Source: Myxococcota bacterium (GTDB lineage: Bacteria > Myxococcota_A > UBA9160 > PR03). Taken from it: a stretch of DNA of 16,765 nucleotides. A model generated the notes under the pieces. It saw only the letters and a program-made list of their open reading frames with translations. It was not told the origin of the DNA and searched no databases. The number at the start of each line of letters is the position of its first letter. Positions within the stretch are counted from its first letter, which is position 1. Shown piece after piece: positions 1 through 5,786 of this stretch. Made by a program: the position numbers and the translations under genes. Location: NCBI GenBank assembly GCA_041611735.1, contig JBFIML010000059.1, positions 1 to 16,765 of the forward strand. The letters are read 5' to 3'.

Positions 1-407
1 CCGGACATGCTGATGAAGGCGCCGGTCGCCGGGCTGCCGACCCCCGAGAGGTCCACCTCGCCGAACTCATCGATCGTGATGACGTTGATCGGGAGGGCGC
101 CGGTGGACATGATCGTCGCCTGCAGCTGCGCGCCGGTCTGGTCGAAGCCGAAGGCGCCGGCCGCCGACGCGCTGAAGGTCGTCGGCGTGAAGACCAGGCT
201 GTCGCCCACGATGATCGGCGCGCCGAAGAGCGGCTCCGGGTCGCCGAAGCTCGAGGTCTCCTGCACGCCCAGGTAGTCGTAGTTCGTCCCGACGAAATTG
301 CCGTGGATCGTGGTGGCGTGGGACGCCACCGCCGCGAGTAAGCACCCGCCGAGCAGCAGGCCAGCCGGCCCCAGGCGCCAGAAGCGTCTCCGATCGATCT
401 CAGTCAC
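1..407 (-). CDS. Secreted/exported protein, N-terminal part (runs off the window); PEP-CTERM-like in character
   Basis: Read manually; not in the ORF track. GTG at 407 preceded by AGGGGG. Frame open to base 1: MTEIDRRRFWRLGPAGLLLGGCLLAAVASHA|TTIHGNFVGTNYDYLGVQETSSFGDPEPLFGAPIIVGDSLVFTPTTFSASAAGAFGFDQTG... Basic N-region, hydrophobic core, S-H-A cleavage site, strong GC3 codon bias, and a T/S/G/D/F-rich mature region without Lys. The C-terminus is not visible, so the PEP-CTERM assignment is inference. Confidence 0.85.
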   Translation of the reverse strand, partial: MTEIDRRRFWRLGPAGLLLGGCLLAAVASHATTIHGNFVGTNYDYLGVQETSSFGDPEPLFGAPIIVGDSLVFTPTTFSASAAGAFGFDQTGAQLQATIMSTGALPINVITIDEFGEVDLSGVGSPATGAFISMS

Positions 408-507
408 GTCGCGTCCCCCTAGCCCCCAGGGCGCCCGGCTTTCAGCGTGCACAGCCCGGCCGGCGAAGTTCGCCTCGCCCGACCACCGCCGACCTGCCTG
501 GGGGTTT

Positions 508-523
508 TGCAAGCGAGGTGCCA
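508..523 (-). promoter_or_regulatory. Sigma-54 (RpoN) -24/-12 promoter
   Basis: Minus strand reads TGGCAC-CTCGC-TTGCA, an exact match to TGGCAC-N5-TTGCW, about 100 bp upstream of the GTG at 407 and correctly oriented. Confidence 0.85.
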
Positions 524-542
524 AGACGGCCGCCCGGTTGAC

Positions 543-573
543 AGAAAAATACTCGTTCGAACCCAAGGGCTTG
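543..573. promoter_or_regulatory. Possible IHF binding site
   Basis: ACCCAAGGGCTTG (561-573) matches 7 of 9 specified positions of WATCAANNNNTTR, with an A-tract (AGAAAAATA, 543-551) on its 5' side. It lies between the sigma-54 promoter and the upstream palindromes. Confidence 0.45.
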
Positions 574-615
574 CGGCTCGATGCTGCCGAGACTCCGGTT
601 TTCGCCGGAACACCA

Positions 616-653
616 CGGAAAGGACCTTCCGCGATCGCGGAAGACCGCTTCCC
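616..653. promoter_or_regulatory. Tandem palindromes, candidate enhancer (UAS) for a sigma-54 activator
   Basis: CGGAA-AGGACC-TTCCG (616-631) and CGGAA-GACCGC-TTCCC (638-653) start 22 bp apart. Their junction makes a perfect 18-bp palindrome CTTCCGCGATCGCGGAAG (626-643). Confidence 0.55.
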
Positions 654-689
654 TCCCCGGAGGGAAACCCCGGGGCTCCGCCCCACCCC

Positions 690-1418
690 TCAGCGGAGAG
701 TCCAGTGCCCCCGGACGCTGCCTTCCCCCGAGCCGCCCAGGTAGCCCAGGAGTGCGTGCAGGAAGAGCAGCACGCCGCCGATCTCGAGACCCTCCTCCAC
801 GAGGCTCGCCAGCTTGTACTGGAGGGTGTCGCGAAGGCGCTGGCGGACGAGCTCGTTGCCATACACCTCCATGCCCGCGCCTCCCGCCAGGTAGAGCGCT
901 CCGGCCAGCACGAAGAGCAGAGCCGTGCGGCGCGGCAGCCGCAGCAGGAACGGAACGAAGGCGAAGCCGATCCCGAGCGCCAGGATCCCGCCCGGAATCG
1001 CCCAGGTCACCTGGATCACGCTGTTGATGGTCTCGTGCACGCCGGCCACCTCGTCGATCGAGAGCAGGAGGAACCCCACGGCGAGCGCGGTCCAGTGGCC
1101 GGACCCGCCACTGGCTTCGGCTCGCTCCTGGGCTGCGCAGAGCCACAGGAATGCGGCCGTCAGGAGCAGCAGGAACGAGGAGAACCAGGTGGGAAGGTTG
1201 TTCTCCTCGTCCAGATCGAAGAGCTGGAGCAGCAGCCAGGGGAGCTCCTGGACGCGGTAGTGCACGATCGCCAGGGCCGTGTGCAGCGCGAGCAGGGCTA
1301 GCGCCAGGATCCCGAGCAAGCGCAACAGGGCGCCGGCCCGCACGCCCGCCTCGTAGTGCCCCGCAACCGGCGCACTGGCCCGCGGCCGTCGTCTCTGCTT
1401 CCGGCGCTGCTGTGCCAT
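690..1418 (-). CDS. Polytopic (about 6 TM) membrane protein of unknown function, 242 aa
   Basis: Start trimmed to the ATG at 1418 (MAQQRRKQ...). Multiple hydrophobic segments with polar motifs FDLDEENNLPTWFSS, SIDEVAGVHE and VEEGLE. Confidence 0.85.
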   Translation of the reverse strand: MAQQRRKQRRRPRASAPVAGHYEAGVRAGALLRLLGILALALLALHTALAIVHYRVQELPWLLLQLFDLDEENNLPTWFSSFLLLLTAAFLWLCAAQERAEASGGSGHWTALAVGFLLLSIDEVAGVHETINSVIQVTWAIPGGILALGIGFAFVPFLLRLPRRTALLFVLAGALYLAGGAGMEVYGNELVRQRLRDTLQYKLASLVEEGLEIGGVLLFLHALLGYLGGSGEGSVRGHWTLR

Positions 1419-1500
1419 GCCTAGTTGGAACCGGCTCTCCGAGCCAGCGCCAGCCCATTGGCCAGCCGCGCCCCGGGAAGGCCCGGAGCGGTGTTCGGGT

Positions 1501-2622
1501 TCACGGGTCTCGAGTGGCCTCCCGGGCGACAGGGTATCCGCGGCGCCCGCCGCGTGCGTGCAGTGCCGCGTGGATCGCCTGGGCCGCCAGCGCGTGGCCA
1601 CGGGCGTTCCAGTGCATCCCCACGCGGTGGTAGGTGCGCCGCCAGGCCCGCCGGAAGGCGGGCGCCAGGTCCACGTGCTCGATGCCGAGCTCCTGGCAGA
1701 GCTGCCCCAGCGCCGCCTGGTAGGCGGGTCCCCGCCCACCGCGCCCGGCCTCGATCTCCCGCTTCGAGGGCACGAAGACCACCAGGAGGCGCCCTCCCCG
1801 CTCCGCCACCTCCCGGTCGAGGGCGGTCAGCAGCCGCTCCGTCACCTCGAGCTCCCCGGGCAGGAAGGGCTCCGGCCCGGCGTCGAGGGCCCCCCGGCTC
1901 CCCTCCAGGCGCATGAGCACGTCCGCCAGCAGGTGGGAGCGGCGCGCCATGCGCCAGAGGCCGGCCCGAGGAAGCCGAGGCGGAGCGGGCGGGACGTCCC
2001 AGGCCGGGAGCCGCGGGACCGGCACGCCGCGCAGGACCAGCTCCCCGTCCACGATCTCGAAGCGCGGCTTCGGCTTTCCGTAGGCGGTGTCCGCGTTGTT
2101 CTCCGCCACGTCGTTCTCGCTGAAGACCAGGAGCACGCGGTGGAGGGGTCCCGGGCTGCGCCAGCGCCGGAACGCGAGCAGCTGCTGGTCGGTGCCCCAG
2201 CCGCGGTGGGCCAGGTTGAAGACCTCGAAGTCGGGAAGACGCGCGCGCAGCCGGTTCACGAACAGGGCGTCCACCTCCACCTCGTAGCCCCAGGTGAAGG
2301 AATCGCCCAGGAAGACGAGGGCGGGCCGACCCGCCGCTCCGGGCCCGTGCTCCTCGTCCCGGAAGCCCGCGGCGTTGTGCGCCACGTGCACGCTTCCGTT
2401 CCAGGTGACGAGGGTCGCGCGCCCGCCGGGCACGCCGCTCCAGCCGAGGGCCGGATCCCAGCGGGAGAGGTTGCCGTACTCCGTGTGGTTGATCTCGGCG
2501 GGGTCCGCGGTCGGAAAGGGGTCCAGCACCTGGTAGCCCAGCTCGAGCAGCGCGAGGCACCCCCCGAGGGCGGCGGCGGCGAGCACCGCTCCACCCCACG
2601 CACCGGGCAAGCGGAGCGTCAC
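1501..2622 (-). CDS. Membrane-anchored SGNH/GDSL hydrolase-fold protein (AlgX/AlgJ-like acyltransferase or esterase)
   Basis: GTG at 2622 overlaps the upstream TGA (GTGA). N-terminal TM helix, then block I FLGDSF, block II NLAHRG, block III ENDV and block V MHWNARGH. Confidence 0.85.
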   Translation of the reverse strand: MTLRLPGAWGGAVLAAAALGGCLALLELGYQVLDPFPTADPAEINHTEYGNLSRWDPALGWSGVPGGRATLVTWNGSVHVAHNAAGFRDEEHGPGAAGRPALVFLGDSFTWGYEVEVDALFVNRLRARLPDFEVFNLAHRGWGTDQQLLAFRRWRSPGPLHRVLLVFSENDVAENNADTAYGKPKPRFEIVDGELVLRGVPVPRLPAWDVPPAPPRLPRAGLWRMARRSHLLADVLMRLEGSRGALDAGPEPFLPGELEVTERLLTALDREVAERGGRLLVVFVPSKREIEAGRGGRGPAYQAALGQLCQELGIEHVDLAPAFRRAWRRTYHRVGMHWNARGHALAAQAIHAALHARGGRRGYPVAREATRDP

Positions 2623-2960
2623 CGCGGGCTTCGCTCCTCGATGCGGAAGCGAGGGTCCTCGATGCGCTCGCTGCGGCAGCGCGGGCAGCGGCTCGGCGCA
2701 TGGAAGTGCCGCGGGACGCGATCGCGGAACACGAAGCCGCACGCGGCGCAGCGGGCCGGCTCCACCCGCAGGCGCCGGTCGGCGCCGCGCGCGCTCCGCT
2801 CCACGTGGCGGAGATCGTCCTCCAGCACCCGCACCGGGATCTCGAACTCCCGGCGCAGCTCGTCGAAGCCCCAGGCCTGCTCGCGCAGGCGCGCCGCGAG
2901 CTCCTGGCGTCGGGTGCGTCGCGCCCCGGCCTGGAGCGATCGGCCTTCGGAGCGGGCCAG
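2619..2960 (-). CDS. Predicted transcriptional regulator, HTH + Zn-ribbon (COG3357-like), 113 aa, probable CTG start
   Basis: TRRQEL...LEDDLRHV...VEPARCAACGFVF...PSRCPRCRSERIEDPRF with two CxxC pairs. No in-frame ATG/GTG/TTG between the upstream stop (2984) and the conserved region. AGGAGG lies 5 nt before an in-frame CTG at 2960. Confidence 0.8.
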   Translation of the reverse strand: MARSEGRSLQAGARRTRRQELAARLREQAWGFDELRREFEIPVRVLEDDLRHVERSARGADRRLRVEPARCAACGFVFRDRVPRHFHAPSRCPRCRSERIEDPRFRIEERSPR

Positions 2961-2983
2961 GCTGCCCTCCTCTTCCGGCTCCG

Positions 2984-3982
2984 CTAGCTGGCGAGCTCGG
3001 CCAGCAGGCGCAAGGCCGCCGGATCCCGGGAGCCCACCAGGAGCGTCGTGACCGGGCTCTCCCGCCAGGCAGCCAGCCGCTCCCGGATGCGCTCCGGCGG
3101 CCCCACCAGCGAGATCTCGTCGGCCAGGAGGTCCGGCACCGCCTCGATCGCCTCGGCGCGCCGTCCGGCCACGAACCGCTCCTGCACCCGCTTCGCCTCG
3201 GCGGCGAAGCCCAGGCGCCCGATCAGGTTCAGGTGGAAGTTCTGGCTGGGGGCGCCCATGCCGCCGATGTAGAAGGCGAGTGCGGTCTTCACGAAGCGGA
3301 GCGCCGCCGCCACGTCCTCGTGCACCACCACGGTCACCGGGCACGCGATCTCGAAGTCCGGCCGGCAGTCCTTCAAGGACTCGGCGTAGATGCCGGCGCG
3401 ATGGGGCGAGAAGAAGATCGGGATCCAGCCGTCGGCGATCTCGGTGGCAAGCCGTACGTTCTTCGGACCCTCGGCCCCCAGGTAGATGGGGAGGTCCGGG
3501 CGCCGGGGCTTGCCGATCAGCTTGAGGGGCTTTCCGAGCCCCGTGCCGCCGGGGTACGGGAGCGTGTAGTGCTCTCCCCGGAAGGTCACCGGCTCCTCCC
3601 GGCGCAGGATCGCGCGCAGGATGGCCACGACCTCGCGGGTGCGGGCCAGGGGCTTCGGGAACGGCTGCCCGTACCAGCCCTCCACCACCTGGGGCCCCGA
3701 GACGCCGAGCCCCAGGATCAGGCGCCCCTGCGAGAGGTGGTCGATGGTGTAGGCGGTCATGGCCAGCGAGGCGGGCGTGCGCGCCGAGATCTGGGCGATG
3801 CCGGTGCCCAGCTTGATGCGCGAGGTACGCGCTCCGATCCAGCACAGGGGCGAGAAGGCGTCGGAGCCGTAGGCCTCGGCGCTCCAGACCGAGTCGTAGC
3901 CCAGGCGCTCGGCCTCCAGCACCAGGTGGATCGGATCCTCGGGGCCCGTCGTCCAGTAGCCGAGCATGAGGCCGAGCTTCAT
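2984..3982 (-). CDS. LLM-class (luciferase-like) oxidoreductase, probably F420-dependent (Rv3520c-like)
   Basis: Start trimmed to the ATG at 3982. MKLGLMLGYW...AERLGYDSVWSAEAYGSDA...GRLILGLGVSGPQVVEGWYG...IYLGAEGPKNVRLATEIADGW are typical motifs of this family. Confidence 0.9.
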   Translation of the reverse strand: MKLGLMLGYWTTGPEDPIHLVLEAERLGYDSVWSAEAYGSDAFSPLCWIGARTSRIKLGTGIAQISARTPASLAMTAYTIDHLSQGRLILGLGVSGPQVVEGWYGQPFPKPLARTREVVAILRAILRREEPVTFRGEHYTLPYPGGTGLGKPLKLIGKPRRPDLPIYLGAEGPKNVRLATEIADGWIPIFFSPHRAGIYAESLKDCRPDFEIACPVTVVVHEDVAAALRFVKTALAFYIGGMGAPSQNFHLNLIGRLGFAAEAKRVQERFVAGRRAEAIEAVPDLLADEISLVGPPERIRERLAAWRESPVTTLLVGSRDPAALRLLAELAS

Positions 3983-3991
3983 GGCCGACGC

Positions 3992-3997
3992 ATCATA
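3992..3997 (-). promoter_or_regulatory. Possible -10 box for a leaderless or near-leaderless LLM transcript
   Basis: TATGAT lies 9 nt upstream of the LLM ATG and contains the leuA stop codon. No Shine-Dalgarno is visible before the ATG. Confidence 0.4.
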
Positions 3998-5198
3998 CCG
4001 CGTCCGACGCCCCCGGAACGGGTGTGGCCATCGAATCCTCGCAGGCCCTGCACAGCTCCCGCAGCTCCGTGTCGCCCACCTCGCGTCGCACGTCGGCCAG
4101 CGCCTGGAAGCGAGCGAAGGCGCGCTCCAGCGCCGCTCCCGAGAGCGCGAAGCCGAGCCCCCGGGCCCGGGCGGCGAAGCCGGCCCGCCCCGAGAGCTTG
4201 CCCAGTACGATCTGGCTGCCCTCGCTGCGGCCGATCTCCGCCGGGTCGAGCACCTCGTAGGTGTCACGGCGCTTGAGGACCCCGTCCTGGTGGATGCCCG
4301 ACGCGTGGCGGAAGGCGTTGCGGCCCACGATCGCCTTGTTGGGCGGGACCGGGATTCCGCTGCGCTCCTCCACCAGGCGCGAGAGCGCAGCGATGCCGCG
4401 CGGGTCCACGTCCGTGTGCACGCCGAGCTGGCGGCCGTGCACGCGGAGCGCCATCACCACCTCCTCGAGGGCGGTGTTGCCCGCGCGCTCGCCGATCCCG
4501 TTCACGGCCAGCTCCACCTGGCGCGCTCCGGCGCGCACGGCGGCCAGGGTGTTGGCTGTGGCGAGGCCCAGGTCGTCCTGGCCGTGGAAGGAGAGCACCG
4601 CCCCCGCCAGCTCCGGGACCGCCGCGCGCAGCTCGCGCAGCAACGCCTCCAGGCGATGGGGCAGGACGCAGCCCACCGTGTCGGGGATGTTCACGGTGCC
4701 TGCCCCGGCGGCCAGGGCGACGCGCACCAGCTCGGCCACGAAGGCCGGGTCCGCCCGGGTGGCGTCCATGGGGCTGAACTCCACGTCGTCCACGTGGCGG
4801 CGGGCGCGCCGCAGCATGGCATCGGCCAGGCCCAGCACCTGCTGCCGCGAGCGGTGCAGCTGGTGGGCGAGCTGGACGTCGCTCGCGTTCAGGAAGACGT
4901 GGATGCGGGGGCGCGCGGCGCCGGCCAGGGCCCGCGCGGCGGCGTCCACGTCGGCGGACACGGCGCGGGCGAGGCCGCACACCACCACGTCGCGCAGCGT
5001 CCGGGCCACGGCGGCCACCGCAGCAGCCTCGGCTGCGGTGGCGCCCGGGAAGCCCGCCTCCACCACGTCGACGCCGAGGGCGGCGAGCTGGGTGGCGATC
5101 TCCAGCTTGTCGCGGGCCGAGAAGCAGACGCCGGCGGCCTGCTCGCCGTCCCGCAGGGTCGTGTCGAACACGATCACCTTCTCGGTCGGGGATTCCAT
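3993..5198 (-). CDS. leuA: 2-isopropylmalate synthase (DRE-TIM), short form lacking the C-terminal regulatory domain
   Basis: FDTTLRDGEQ, EAGFP, NIPDTVG, NGIGERAGN, NKAIVG.NAF.H.SGIHQDG, LGKLSGR motifs. 401 aa. SD GAGGAG at 5213-5208. A Leu-rich leader upstream supports a role in leucine synthesis. Confidence 0.85.
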   Translation of the reverse strand: MESPTEKVIVFDTTLRDGEQAAGVCFSARDKLEIATQLAALGVDVVEAGFPGATAAEAAAVAAVARTLRDVVVCGLARAVSADVDAAARALAGAARPRIHVFLNASDVQLAHQLHRSRQQVLGLADAMLRRARRHVDDVEFSPMDATRADPAFVAELVRVALAAGAGTVNIPDTVGCVLPHRLEALLRELRAAVPELAGAVLSFHGQDDLGLATANTLAAVRAGARQVELAVNGIGERAGNTALEEVVMALRVHGRQLGVHTDVDPRGIAALSRLVEERSGIPVPPNKAIVGRNAFRHASGIHQDGVLKRRDTYEVLDPAEIGRSEGSQIVLGKLSGRAGFAARARGLGFALSGAALERAFARFQALADVRREVGDTELRELCRACEDSMATPVPGASDAV

Positions 5199-5207
5199 CT
5201 CGCAGCT

Positions 5208-5350
5208 CTCCTCGGGCCCGATCCCGCCGCGGGGCCGGAGGAGGAAGCGCGTGGAAGGCTGGGGTCGAGAGCGCGAATCCCTCTCCGGCCGGCGCGGCGG
5301 GAGAGGGGCCTGGTCTGGACGGCTAGCGGCCGCGGGCCTTCCCCCCCGCC
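5208..5350 (-). promoter_or_regulatory. Putative leucine-responsive attenuator RNA (alternative hairpins sequestering the leuA SD)
   Basis: Complementary segments found by eye: 5350-5335 with 5310-5296; 5307-5300 with 5286-5279; 5290-5278 with 5246-5233; 5243-5232 with 5219-5208 (the last contains SD GAGGAG). Confidence 0.7.
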
Positions 5351-5403
5351 CCCGGAAGGAGCAGGGCAGGCAGCAGGCCCAACCGGTCGCACGGCACCGT
5401 CAT
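5323..5403 (-). CDS. Putative leu leader peptide (26 aa, MTVPCDRLGLLPALLLPGAGGKARGR)
   Basis: ATG at 5403, TAG at 5325-5323. Six Leu among codons 8-16 (TTG, CTG, CTG, CTG, CTC, CTT). Ends 124 nt upstream of leuA. Confidence 0.7.
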   Translation of the reverse strand: MTVPCDRLGLLPALLLPGAGGKARGR

Positions 5404-5786
5404 GGTCCCGACTGGGTATCCAAGGCCCAGCGGCCCGTCAACCAGGCGCCGAGGGCAGCCCCCAGCAGGTAGTGGGGGAAGTCCCAGAGCGAGAAGCTGG
5501 CCCCGATCAGGGTCCGGCCCAAGAAGGTGGCCCGCACCGCCTCGAGCGGCGGCGGATGCCAGAGCTGGAGCAGCTCGAGCCCACAGGTGGCGGCGAGCAC
5601 CGCCGCCGCCACCCGGCCCGGGGAAAGACGGGGTGCGACCGCCAGCACCCCGAGCACCCAGAAGAGGACGTAGAGGACGCCGCCGGCGAAGTGGTTCACC
5701 CACACCGAGCCGGGCCCCGCGTAGAGCTTGGTGGCGAAGCCGAGGGGCGTCACGAGCACCAGCGCCAACGCGCAGCGGCGTCGCAT
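5400..5786 (-). CDS. DUF2809-like small membrane protein, 128 aa
   Basis: MRRRCALALVLVTPLGFATKLYAGPG...AGGVLY...GLELLQLWHPPPLEAVRATFLGRTLIGASFSLWD resembles the E..QL / R.T..G.L.LG..F...D pattern I recall for DUF2809 (recognised, not searched). Confidence 0.8.
   Translation of the reverse strand: MRRRCALALVLVTPLGFATKLYAGPGSVWVNHFAGGVLYVLFWVLGVLAVAPRLSPGRVAAAVLAATCGLELLQLWHPPPLEAVRATFLGRTLIGASFSLWDFPHYLLGAALGAWLTGRWALDTQSGP
5413..5441 (-). promoter_or_regulatory. Candidate sigma-70-type promoter for the leu leader, inside the 3' end of the DUF2809-like gene
   Basis: TTGACG-N17-TACCCA, ending 9 nt before the leader ATG. The -35 is 5/6 consensus; the -10 lacks the conserved final T. Confidence 0.4.

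Noticed and set aside
408-504. Riboswitch in the 5' UTR of the secreted protein (GGCGAACUUCGCC hairpin; CCCCCAGG/CCUGGGGG complementarity)
   Set aside because: No recognisable aptamer consensus such as c-di-GMP-I, and the CCCCC arm lies upstream of the predicted sigma-54 start site.
594-680. Short repeats as a CRISPR array, REP element or IS end
   Set aside because: Units are only 5-bp half-sites with no spacer structure, and no cas or transposase gene is nearby.
690-1418. Membrane protein as an exosortase
   Set aside because: It lacks the recognisable exosortase Cys (C-S/N-G) and N-x-x-R motifs; its only Cys lies in an unrelated context.
5279-5307. Hairpin as a classical intrinsic attenuator terminator
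   Set aside because: It is followed by AUUCGCG rather than a U-tract. Retained only as part of the SD-sequestration model; Rho-dependent termination is not excluded.
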